From an uncultured Bacteroides sp. (GTDB lineage: Bacteria > Bacteroidota > Bacteroidia > Bacteroidales > Bacteroidaceae): 64,000 nt of DNA. Position numbers and translations under genes: made by a program. The stretch covers positions 2,477 through 66,476 of the forward strand of contig CALUJK010000072.1 of assembly GCA_944320945.1 (NCBI GenBank). Direction: 5' to 3'. Under the pieces are notes generated by a model that did no database searches, was not told where the DNA came from, and saw nothing but the letters and a program-made list of their open reading frames with translations. Below, one piece after another: positions 39,661 through 48,691 of this stretch; the stretch's first letter is position 1, and the number at the start of each line of letters is the position of its first letter.

Positions 39661-39736
39661 TTTGTAAGCAAATTAACGGTCATATGCCACAAATATACGA
39701 CTTTTATTGAACAATCCGTTATTCCCTATCCCGTTT

Positions 39737-40192
39737 TCACTGGTTGATTACCTGCTGAAGTTCTTCAAGAGTCAACGTGCCGTTCATCACGATGAGGGTC
39801 ACTTCGTCCGGACTGTCCACCCACAGTACGTATTCATTCTGCTCTTTTCCTTCCTTGACGCAGATGATGATATGCTCGTTCTCCTCCTTGACACGCATCA
39901 GCACCTCGTAACCGTTGTGAGACCAGTTGTTCGGCAATTCTTTACGGATGTCGGCGGCAACCGCCTTGTCCTCGCAGGTAAGAATCTGAAGACCGGTAAG
40001 CTTGTGAATCACTTTGTCCAGATGTACATCCCCGGTAGGGTTGGCATCTTTCATTAAACTGAACATTTTTGGGGAAATATAGACAGTAGCGACACCTTTG
40101 CGGTCGGCATACTTATCAACCAAGCTTTCTTGTGCAAACAGGGCTGTTGTGCTTATCAGCGCACAGAACAGCAGGAACATGTATCGTTTCAT
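39737..40192 (-). CDS. DUF4252-family periplasmic protein
   Basis: Signal peptide; VYISPKMF, LQILTCE, GYEVLMRV. Confidence 0.85.
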   Translation of the reverse strand: MKRYMFLLFCALISTTALFAQESLVDKYADRKGVATVYISPKMFSLMKDANPTGDVHLDKVIHKLTGLQILTCEDKAVAADIRKELPNNWSHNGYEVLMRVKEENEHIIICVKEGKEQNEYVLWVDSPDEVTLIVMNGTLTLEELQQVINQ

Positions 40193-40716
40193 TTCTTGGG
40201 GTTTTGAAGGTTATTAATTTGGTCTTGTAACTTTTGGGCAGCTTCTTCGGCTTTCTGCATGCTTTGCTGTCCTTTGTTGAGGGCAGAGGCAAAGAGCCTC
40301 AGCGCACGTTCGGCCTCGGCTTGCGCCGATGCGGGATTGTCGAAAGTGTCGCGGGGCGTGTACTTCGCTTCCTGAAAATAGAGTCCGATACCTGCCAGTA
40401 ACAACAGTGTGGCGGCAATGCCCCACAGCGGACGACGGATGAGAAAACGGCGGGCAGAGGGTTTGGCACTCCTCTCCGGGCACTGTTCTTCCGCCTCCCA
40501 GCGGTCGATGTGGTCAGACAGGCGTTGTCCCAGCCCTTTGGGCACGGAGATAGAGTCCACGTCAGCCATACGGAGGAACAGTTCCTTGTCGGCCTGCCAC
40601 TCCGGCACCACGTCGTTGTGAAGGAAATATTCGCGGAGACGACGCTCCTCGTCTATAGTAGTCTCGCCCTGATAGTAGCGGGACAACAGTTGCTTGATTT
40701 CTTCGTTCTTCATCAT
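40189..40716 (-). CDS. Putative anti-sigma factor (single TM)
   Basis: LLSRYYQGETTIDEE N-domain, TM WGIAATLLLLAGIG, DTFDNP; overlaps the sigma gene. Confidence 0.75.
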   Translation of the reverse strand: MMKNEEIKQLLSRYYQGETTIDEERRLREYFLHNDVVPEWQADKELFLRMADVDSISVPKGLGQRLSDHIDRWEAEEQCPERSAKPSARRFLIRRPLWGIAATLLLLAGIGLYFQEAKYTPRDTFDNPASAQAEAERALRLFASALNKGQQSMQKAEEAAQKLQDQINNLQNPKK

Positions 40717-41216
40717 CGTTCTGTGATTCGTTTGAATTGTTCACGTATCTTCTTACGGGCACGGGACAGCGTTGCGCGGATGTTCACGGCATTCAGTCCC
40801 GTGGTTTCTTCTATTTCGTCAAAGGAACGTTCGTCCACATCGCGCAGCCACAATACCCGTCGCTGGGTGGGAGGCAGGGCAGCAATGAGCTGCTTCAGTC
40901 GGACGGTCTCGTCGCGTTGCTCCAAGCGTTGACCGGGGTCATCGTCTGCGGGCAGCGGAAGAGTATCTTCCAGTGTCTCTTCGGCCTCGTGGCGACTGCT
41001 GCGCAACTGATCGAGGCAGAGGCGGCGAATCAGACTGACGCAGTAGGCCTCGGGGTTGGTGCGTATGTCCAGTTCATCGCGCTTGCGCCACAGCTTCAGA
41101 TAGGCATCCTGCACTATGTCTTCAGCATCCTGCGCATTCCACAACAAAGCGTAAGCAGTGCGGTAAAGCCGGGCATGCAGGGGCAGAAAGAGAGCCTTGA
41201 ATTCATCGGCATTCAT
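40713..41216 (-). CDS. ECF RNA polymerase sigma-70 factor
   Basis: DAEDIVQDAYLKLW (region 2); LPPTQRRVLWLR...SFDEI...LSRARKKI (region 4). Confidence 0.93.
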   Translation of the reverse strand: MNADEFKALFLPLHARLYRTAYALLWNAQDAEDIVQDAYLKLWRKRDELDIRTNPEAYCVSLIRRLCLDQLRSSRHEAEETLEDTLPLPADDDPGQRLEQRDETVRLKQLIAALPPTQRRVLWLRDVDERSFDEIEETTGLNAVNIRATLSRARKKIREQFKRITER

Positions 41217-41230
41217 TGCATGAGCAAATG

Positions 41231-41701
41231 TCAGTTGTTCATTTCTATCAACCTGTTCAGGTCACTCTCCTTGAAGTTGCCACGAATATCAACGAGGGCG
41301 CAATCATCCGGACTGCAACAGACAATAAGCAGTTCGCGGATTTCATCGCCTTTCTGTTGTACAAGGATGTTGACCTTCTCGCCATCTTCGTTGATGCGCA
41401 CCAAGGATTCGAACTTGTCTTCCTTCAACTGTCCGATACGTTTGGCAAAACGTTCTTTCACGGCTGTACTGCAATCTTCCAAGTCGAGTACGCGGAGGCT
41501 TTTCACTTTCTTCATTATATCTTTGGTGGCTTCATCCTCATTGCCCATGGCAAGACGGCCTATCCACAACAGGAAGGGGGAGACGGAGACGTATTCGGCG
41601 TTACGTTCTTCCTTAAACTCATGAAAAATGGAGTTAACGCTGCTTGCCCATGTCAGTTGGACGGCCAGTAACAGCAATAAGCATGTCAGTATTCGTTTCA
41701 T
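41231..41701 (-). CDS. DUF4252-family periplasmic protein
   Basis: Signal peptide; EYVSVSPFL, LRVLDLEDC, GEKVNIL. Confidence 0.82.
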   Translation of the reverse strand: MKRILTCLLLLLAVQLTWASSVNSIFHEFKEERNAEYVSVSPFLLWIGRLAMGNEDEATKDIMKKVKSLRVLDLEDCSTAVKERFAKRIGQLKEDKFESLVRINEDGEKVNILVQQKGDEIRELLIVCCSPDDCALVDIRGNFKESDLNRLIEMNN

Positions 41702-41755
41702 ACGATGGTTATTTTTTTAGTTTATAATCTGTTTTAATCCCGGGTTTTACTTCAA

Positions 41756-41783
41756 AGACGGGAGAAAGCCGGAAATTGTTGCA
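41756..41783 (-). promoter_or_regulatory. Putative ECF autoregulatory promoter TGCAAC-N17-CGTCT
   Basis: 55 bp upstream of the first gene of the ECF operon; same boxes and spacing as 6619-6646. Confidence 0.65.
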
Positions 41784-41819
41784 CGCCTTTCTGTTTTTTT
41801 TGAAGAAAAATAAAAATAA

Positions 41820-41862
41820 TACCCGGACAGACATCGTAAACCTGGCGACATCCATCCGGGTA
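41820..41862 (-). terminator. Intrinsic terminator after susD
   Basis: TACCCGGA...TCCGGGTA hairpin followed on the minus strand by a T-rich run. Confidence 0.7.
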
Positions 41863-41917
41863 AGCAAAACAAAGTTTTTTATAAAGGTCGGTTTAGTAAG
41901 ACTTCAAAGAACGGGAA

Positions 41918-43432
41918 TCAATATCCTTCTGTCTGCTCCAGTGCAGGATTATTGGTCATGGTATCAGCATCAAGCGGCCACAACAGATGGTCGGCATTGG
42001 TCAGCGAAGTGTATTTCAACACGTATTGAGAACCAAAGCGACGGAGGTCGTACCAGCGCTTGCCTTCGAATACAAATTCCTTGAGACGTTCGCGCAGCAA
42101 GACTTCTTCAATGCCTTCGTCATCGCCAGCCATACGACCATATGCCATCGTTGCGGCGTCGTAATTGCTGCCATACGCACGGCGACGGATGTCGTTGATT
42201 TCATCCGACGGATCTCCACCGATCAAGGCTTCGGCTTCGGCCTTCATCAGTAACAAATCGGCGTAACGGTAAATGGGATAATCGTCGGCAAAGGTACGAT
42301 AAGAATCGCCCGACTGCGTTGTGCCCAGATATTTGTAGGCGAAACAGCCCCGATAGATGTAGGTGCTGCCGTCGGATTGTTGTTCGTAAGCAGCACGCAG
42401 CGTGGCATCGCGACGCATGTCAAGGCTGTTGTAACAACTGAATAAATCGGTGGCCAACGGGTAGTAGATGTTACCATTGAAGTTAAGGTCGAACCGAGCG
42501 CCCGTAGCAGAAGCGTAAAAACTGTTCAGTGTGTTCTGCTGGGGAACCATGCGGTTACGCCACTGCCCATTGAAGAGCTGTGACTCGTTATAATCGTTGT
42601 GCAAGGCAAAGATAATCTCACGGTTACCTTTATTGTCATAAGCAAAGACATCGGCAAAATTATCCAGCAAGCCTATATCGGAGACATTGGAGCGGATATC
42701 TTCCAATGCGCTGAGTGCAGTACGGGCATCAGCTTCCCCTCCATCCATCTGACGAGCTGACCACAAATAGACTTCGGCTTTCAACATCAGTGTGGCCGAC
42801 TTGCTCCACAAGGTACGGTCGTCGCGGAAAGAGTAGTCGCTGCCAAACTGTTCTTCAGAGGAAGTGATATCGGCCTTGATGTTTTCCATGATTTGTGCGG
42901 CAGGGGTGGCGGCTTTCTGCAAGTCACCGACTTGGAAGCCGGTACTGGGTTCGTCCTGCCAAACGACATTGCCCCACGAGCGCAACAAGTGGAAATAATA
43001 GAAGGCACGCAGGCCGTACATAGTGCCCAGATAATATCTCTTGTCCGAGTCGGTCAGCAATCGGGTGTCAGTGGCACGGCTGATGAAAAGATTAATCTGG
43101 TTGATATTGGTATAAAGATCGGCATAGTTCGTCAATCCGGGACGTTGCTCACTGAGCAGGTTTCCGGTAATTTCCTGTGCCTGGTTGCTTTCCGACGTCC
43201 ATCCAGTAGAAGCCGCACTGTAAATGTCCGAACGGAGTTCGCCTAAGATGAAAAGGTTCTCGCTATCCTGGTCGCGCAGCAGGCTGTGGACTCCGTAAAC
43301 GAAAGAGGTAAATTGCCCCTCGTTGGTCCACATGTCGCGGTCAGTTATGCTGCTCACAGGGTCCATGTCCAAACAACCGGTCAACGAAGCAGACAAAGCT
43401 GTCGCCAACGTAAATGATAAATATCTGTTCAT
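41918..43432 (-). CDS. SusD-family lipoprotein, NanU-like
   Basis: Lipobox LTGC; YFHLLRSWG, MLKAEVYLWS, YRYADLLL, ERLKEFVFEGKRWYDL; resembles sialic-acid-binding NanU from memory. Confidence 0.85.
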   Translation of the reverse strand: MNRYLSFTLATALSASLTGCLDMDPVSSITDRDMWTNEGQFTSFVYGVHSLLRDQDSENLFILGELRSDIYSAASTGWTSESNQAQEITGNLLSEQRPGLTNYADLYTNINQINLFISRATDTRLLTDSDKRYYLGTMYGLRAFYYFHLLRSWGNVVWQDEPSTGFQVGDLQKAATPAAQIMENIKADITSSEEQFGSDYSFRDDRTLWSKSATLMLKAEVYLWSARQMDGGEADARTALSALEDIRSNVSDIGLLDNFADVFAYDNKGNREIIFALHNDYNESQLFNGQWRNRMVPQQNTLNSFYASATGARFDLNFNGNIYYPLATDLFSCYNSLDMRRDATLRAAYEQQSDGSTYIYRGCFAYKYLGTTQSGDSYRTFADDYPIYRYADLLLMKAEAEALIGGDPSDEINDIRRRAYGSNYDAATMAYGRMAGDDEGIEEVLLRERLKEFVFEGKRWYDLRRFGSQYVLKYTSLTNADHLLWPLDADTMTNNPALEQTEGY

Positions 43433-43479
43433 GATGATTCAATTTCTTGTTTACAATTACACAAACATCTCACAAAGCA

Positions 43480-46400
43480 TCAGAAAGAGAGGTTAACGCC
43501 TACCAGTACCGTACGTGGCGTGGGATAACGTCCCATGTCCACACCTCCGTTATAGGTCAGCGGGGCTTCGGGCGAAGTACCTGAATAGCCGGTGATGTAA
43601 AACAGGTTCTGACCGGTGACGTAGAGCGAAGCTGCACTCAGACGTGCTTTCGCAATCCATTGGGAAGGTAATTTCCAACTCAAAGTCAATTCGCGCAATG
43701 CCAGATAATCTCCACGCTCGTAAAAACGGGAACTGCGGTTGTTAGGGTCGGTCATGTCGGCACCCGTAGAATTGCGGTAGATATTCTTTTTGGCGGTAGA
43801 ATCGTCGTAGTAGAGTTTAGGAATGTCGGTGTCGCGATTATCCGGCGTCCAGCTTTTCAGACCTTCACTAATGATGTTCTTGAAACCGACCGATTGTCCC
43901 AGCGAGCGCATTGCCACCATATTCAGGATGGTGTGTCCTACTGCAAAATCGAAACGGCCGTAAAGTGATACATTCTTATAAGACAGTGTGGTGGAAAAAC
44001 CGCCTGTCCACTTAGGATACATGTTTCCTACTTTCACACGGTCCAATTCGTCTATGATGTTGTCTCCATTCAAATCGGCCCACAACACATCACCCTCCTC
44101 TATAGGTTTGGTCAGTCCGTATTTCTGTCTGTCGGCTTCGCTCACATTAGGGCCGTAAAGACCGGCAATCAGATCAATATAATTGCCTGCCAATGCTTCA
44201 ACCTCTGCTTGGTCACGCAACACTTTTACCTGCTTATAGGCATACATGTCGCCCAGCGTGTGTCCTTCCTGATAGCCGCCTACCCAAACAGCTTTGCCCT
44301 GTGCAGGGTCCCATACTTGGAAACCACCTTGGCGGTTGTTCTCATTGCCGTTATAGGGAAGTTTGATGATTTTGTTGTAAACATAGGAAGCATTAAACGA
44401 GAAATCCCAACTGAAGCCTTTAGGATTGGCCAACAGATGCAGGTCGCCTTCTACTTCGAAACCGCTGTTACGCAACGTTCCCAAATTGGTCATGAAAGAG
44501 GAGAAACCGGTATAGGACGGCAAGTTGACATTGGTCAGCAAGTCCGAAGTGGTACGATTGTAGTAGTCCAATATCAAATTGAAGCGGTTATTCAGGAAGC
44601 CTAAATCAAGACCGACCTCAAAAGATTTGCTCTTCTCCCAACGCAGATTGGAGTTTATCACTCCTGTATTCAGCATTCCGGTGTGACCGTTATATTGGTG
44701 TGTATTCTCCCATTGGCCGTAAACGCCATATACGTCATAATTGCCGATGCCGTTCACATTACCATTGATACCGTAAGAGATACGGGGCTTCAGTGTGGAG
44801 ATAACGTCTGCCACCTTACTGTCTTTAAAGAACGGCTCTTCGTGAACGTTCCATCCCGCCGACACACCAGGGAAGAAGCCCCAACGGTTGTCCGACAATT
44901 TAGAGATACCATCGTAACGCGCTACGGCAGTAAAGAGGTAACGGCGCTGATAATCGTAAGTGATGCGGGCAAAGCCGGAAGCGATCCGATAACCCTCACG
45001 GAAAGAGTAAGCTGTCATATTATCCTGACTCGAACCGTTCAGCGTGGGAATATCGTCAAAAGGTGCTCCGTCACCCGTACCACTGTATTCCAAGAACTGA
45101 TTCTCGAAATATTCGCCCCCCAACAATGCGGTGAAGTTATGCTTATCAGCAAAGGTATCAGTGTACTCCAACTGGGCACTATGTTGCTGCTGAATGGTAC
45201 GCTGATAGTCATAAGAAGCGGCACGTGTGGAGTTGACACTCCAATAGTCTCGGTATTCCTTATCAAAGGTTTCTTTGGTATAATCCTGATAATAGAGCGA
45301 ACTGCTCTCACGCAGATAGAGTTTATCTTTCAATATCTCCAAATCAAAACCGACATTCACGGTAGTACGGCGTGTATTGTTCTGATTCGTCAGTTTGTCC
45401 AACCAATAGAGGGGATTACCGTCACGTTTGCCATAACCATAGTTGGGAGTTCCATCCGGCAAGAAAGGATTCCACGTAGGCTCAATGCTCTGCATACGTT
45501 CAAACAGGTCGGCCGGGTCATCATAATACAGTTCCGGAGATTCGGAAGTAGTGAAGCTCACACCACCTTTGACGTTCAGTATGGGCAACACTTTGTAATT
45601 GGCATTCAACGTTGCACTGAAGCGGCGATATTTCGTGCCTTTCACCGTACCATCCTCTGAATAATATCCCAAAGAAGAAGCAAATGCGCCTCGTTCATTG
45701 CCACCGGTGAAGCTCAGGTAATGGTCTTGCGCAAAGGCCGGATCTTTATACACTTCATCACGCAACGTAGTACCATAGTCCTTGAAAACGATTTGTCGGC
45801 CGGTCACCGGGTCTGTCATCTGCTGCCATCCCTGTTGCAACAGATTCTCATTGCCATCCAAATAGCGGATAGAGAATTGTTCCGGATTATTGGCACCATA
45901 CACGGCCCCATAACCGCGCATGTTATCCAACCCTGTCAAATCCTCTCCGTTACTATATACATAACCCATACGGCCATAGCGGATATAATTCTCCGCATTC
46001 ATATATTCATACCCCTTACGGGCGAAATTTAAACCGGCCTTAAACTTGTATGTCACATGAGCTGCACCTGCCGACCCTTTCTTGGTCTGTACCAATATGA
46101 CACCACTGTTGGCACGAGCGCCATAGATGGCCGTTGAGGCCGCATCCTTCAGCACTTGTATAGACTCGATGTCCGAAGGGTTAATATCATCCATCGAACG
46201 GACTACCCCATCTACTACCACCAACGGCTGACTGGACGACTGAATGCCCGCCCCACCGCGTAACACGATAGTGGGCGCACTGCCCGGTGCACCGCTGGTG
46301 TTAATAACCCGCAGACCGCTGACCGAACCTTGCAGCGCTTGCGCCGCATTACTGATAGCTGCACTCTCCAACACCTTGTTATCCATTTTCGAAACGGCAG

Positions 46401-46806
46401 TAGTCATGGTGGAACGTTTCTGCTTGATGCCGTAACCCACGACTACCACTTCATCCAGTTTCTGTGTATCTTCCTTTAACAGAATACGCAGCGATGTTCC
46501 GTTCCATTTGACCTCCTGCGTGACATACCCCATAAAGGCAATCTCAATGACATCTCCCTGACGGACACCGTTCAGTGTAAAATGCCCGTCCATGTCAGTG
46601 ATCGTTCCATTCGAAGTGCCTTTCACCATAGCGGTGGCACCTATAAGACTCTCTCCGTTCACGTCTGTCACTACACCTGTACACACTCCGTCCTGTTGTA
46701 CGGCATGAATTCCGGTCACTTCCGGTGCAAGGGCAGTGGCTCCCGTCACATCAGATACTCCTAAAAAGACGAGAAACAAACCTATTGACTTCAAAATACG
46801 TTGCAT
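43480..46806 (-). CDS. SusC/RagA TonB-dependent transporter (NanO-like by context)
   Basis: LDEVVVVGYG, DIESIQVLKDAASTAIYGAR, LRWEKS, YPTPRTVLVGVNLSF. Confidence 0.95.
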   Translation of the reverse strand: MQRILKSIGLFLVFLGVSDVTGATALAPEVTGIHAVQQDGVCTGVVTDVNGESLIGATAMVKGTSNGTITDMDGHFTLNGVRQGDVIEIAFMGYVTQEVKWNGTSLRILLKEDTQKLDEVVVVGYGIKQKRSTMTTAVSKMDNKVLESAAISNAAQALQGSVSGLRVINTSGAPGSAPTIVLRGGAGIQSSSQPLVVVDGVVRSMDDINPSDIESIQVLKDAASTAIYGARANSGVILVQTKKGSAGAAHVTYKFKAGLNFARKGYEYMNAENYIRYGRMGYVYSNGEDLTGLDNMRGYGAVYGANNPEQFSIRYLDGNENLLQQGWQQMTDPVTGRQIVFKDYGTTLRDEVYKDPAFAQDHYLSFTGGNERGAFASSLGYYSEDGTVKGTKYRRFSATLNANYKVLPILNVKGGVSFTTSESPELYYDDPADLFERMQSIEPTWNPFLPDGTPNYGYGKRDGNPLYWLDKLTNQNNTRRTTVNVGFDLEILKDKLYLRESSSLYYQDYTKETFDKEYRDYWSVNSTRAASYDYQRTIQQQHSAQLEYTDTFADKHNFTALLGGEYFENQFLEYSGTGDGAPFDDIPTLNGSSQDNMTAYSFREGYRIASGFARITYDYQRRYLFTAVARYDGISKLSDNRWGFFPGVSAGWNVHEEPFFKDSKVADVISTLKPRISYGINGNVNGIGNYDVYGVYGQWENTHQYNGHTGMLNTGVINSNLRWEKSKSFEVGLDLGFLNNRFNLILDYYNRTTSDLLTNVNLPSYTGFSSFMTNLGTLRNSGFEVEGDLHLLANPKGFSWDFSFNASYVYNKIIKLPYNGNENNRQGGFQVWDPAQGKAVWVGGYQEGHTLGDMYAYKQVKVLRDQAEVEALAGNYIDLIAGLYGPNVSEADRQKYGLTKPIEEGDVLWADLNGDNIIDELDRVKVGNMYPKWTGGFSTTLSYKNVSLYGRFDFAVGHTILNMVAMRSLGQSVGFKNIISEGLKSWTPDNRDTDIPKLYYDDSTAKKNIYRNSTGADMTDPNNRSSRFYERGDYLALRELTLSWKLPSQWIAKARLSAASLYVTGQNLFYITGYSGTSPEAPLTYNGGVDMGRYPTPRTVLVGVNLSF

Positions 46807-46983
46807 GTTGATTCTATTGAAAAACGCTTATTTATTCTTCGCTCTACATCTGAGCAAGGAGTGTACCAATACGAAGCGGTCTCTTGACATTCGCATCAAG
46901 AGACCGCATAAATAATTATGTATAAAAGACATATGTATCCTTCAAGGCTGACAACACACCTTTACTCTTCCATGTGCAAAAGC

Positions 46984-47030
46984 GTGGAAATGGGTAAAAA
47001 TTCCACAGTATCGTCCATCGACAATTCCAC
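46984..47030. promoter_or_regulatory. Shared susC upstream motif GTGGAW-N11-TTCCACAGT plus a second TTCCACG
   Basis: 21/26 identical to 51877-51902 upstream of the other susC. Confidence 0.6.
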
Positions 47031-47049
47031 GATTTTACCTTTTTCCGAC

Positions 47050-48669
47050 TTATCTTTTCAAGTTTGGATTCAAGATAGCATCTTCATAAGGATAAGGTGC
47101 ATACATCTTATTGTCGTCCCACGTACCGGTAACCTCCACCGCTTCCTTGCGGAAAACACCCGGAGCAACTTCAATTTCCGGATTCTGTTTACGATACTCG
47201 AAATGCTCTTTATAGCGATACATCCGGAACATGTCGCGAGCACGGGTAGCAAGACTTGCCCAATAATAACCGGCTATTTCCCAACCATGTTCATTATAGG
47301 CTGCTTCGGCCAATTCTTCGGGAGTCATGGACAAAGAATACAGATTTGTCTGCTGGCCGTCCGCACGGTTGCGCACCTGGTTCAGTACATCGACTGCACG
47401 CTGTGTCACCTGTCCGGCACGTGCCGTAGCCTCAGCATACCAACAGTACACTTGCGAAAGACGAATAATCTGAAAAGTCTTTTCACCTGCCGAATTGGGC
47501 ATGGCCGGGTCGGTATAATCAAATTCCGTTCCGCGGATAGCTCCTTCTGCCGTTTTCATAAAGACCGGAGCAACCACCTCACGCGAAGGCGGGTCGGTAT
47601 CATACCACCAATCATGTAGCTGACCGTCCGACAACAATATCTGCGGGAAGTAGGTCGCATCTTTCCGAGGACCTTCGGGAAACTCTTTCCAGAATTTTAT
47701 TTCACCATTCGTATCGCCCCATCCTGCCTGGGCCATGTCTTGCAGGAAGTCTGTCAGGGGAGCCGACTGTCCCAACTGGTCGCGGTTGTAATAGATGCCC
47801 AGCAGCACTTCCGGATTGTTGTAGTTATAGCGCCAGGAATAGACATCGCTGTAGTTATCCAGCAAACGGTAGTAATACGTACCATTTTCCACCCCGTCTA
47901 TCACCTCCGCAGCTTTATCAGCAGCCAACTGGTAGTATTCGGCACCCTTGTTAAGCGGCCATCCGGCCATACACATATAGACGTAAGCCATCGTTGCCTT
48001 GACAGCCCCTTTGCTGACAGCTACATTTACGCCATTGCGGGCATACGGTTCTTCCGTATACATCACGGGGCAGTATTCTTCGGCAAGTGCCAAGTCAGAA
48101 AGGATGAGCTCGTACACCTTCTCTTCACTCTCCAGCGGAGCGTCGTAATTAATCTCTTCCTCCAGCATCACCGGCACAGGCCCCCATGTCGTCACCAGAT
48201 AGAAATAGGAATAAGCCCGCCAATAATAAGCCTGCCCCAATGCCATGTTCAGTTCCTCAGCAGTCACATCCGGCGTACGGCCGGCATTGTTTATAATGAA
48301 ATTGGCCGCCTTTATCACCTTGTAACGGTGTTCCCACATGGTACTCATCCACGAGTTGTTGTCTTTCACGTCATACTGGTCATACTCGCGCAACGGCTGC
48401 TTGTTACTGGCCGGATGTGTCGAGATGTCATCACCCGCCAAGAAATTGGTACCGATGCAGTTGTTAGCCTGCTGCGATAAAGCGATGACGGAATAAAGCG
48501 CCGTAACAGACGCATCCAGATCCGCCTTACTGCCAAAGAATCCGCCCGTAGTGAGCTGTCCTTTGGGATCTTCCGTTAAGAAATCAGAACAAGCGCTCAA
48601 ACACAGCAGTGCAGCAAGAGCCAGACAGCATCTTTTGCCATAATATATAGTTCTTGTTTTCATGTTCAT
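47050..48669 (-). CDS. SusD/RagB-family lipoprotein
   Basis: Lipobox LSAC-SDFL; GQAYYWRAYSYFYLVTTWGPVP, IIRLSQV, LNQVRNRA. Confidence 0.92.
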   Translation of the reverse strand: MNMKTRTIYYGKRCCLALAALLCLSACSDFLTEDPKGQLTTGGFFGSKADLDASVTALYSVIALSQQANNCIGTNFLAGDDISTHPASNKQPLREYDQYDVKDNNSWMSTMWEHRYKVIKAANFIINNAGRTPDVTAEELNMALGQAYYWRAYSYFYLVTTWGPVPVMLEEEINYDAPLESEEKVYELILSDLALAEEYCPVMYTEEPYARNGVNVAVSKGAVKATMAYVYMCMAGWPLNKGAEYYQLAADKAAEVIDGVENGTYYYRLLDNYSDVYSWRYNYNNPEVLLGIYYNRDQLGQSAPLTDFLQDMAQAGWGDTNGEIKFWKEFPEGPRKDATYFPQILLSDGQLHDWWYDTDPPSREVVAPVFMKTAEGAIRGTEFDYTDPAMPNSAGEKTFQIIRLSQVYCWYAEATARAGQVTQRAVDVLNQVRNRADGQQTNLYSLSMTPEELAEAAYNEHGWEIAGYYWASLATRARDMFRMYRYKEHFEYRKQNPEIEVAPGVFRKEAVEVTGTWDDNKMYAPYPYEDAILNPNLKR

Positions 48670-48691
48670 TTCCTCCTACAAATTAGTTAGG

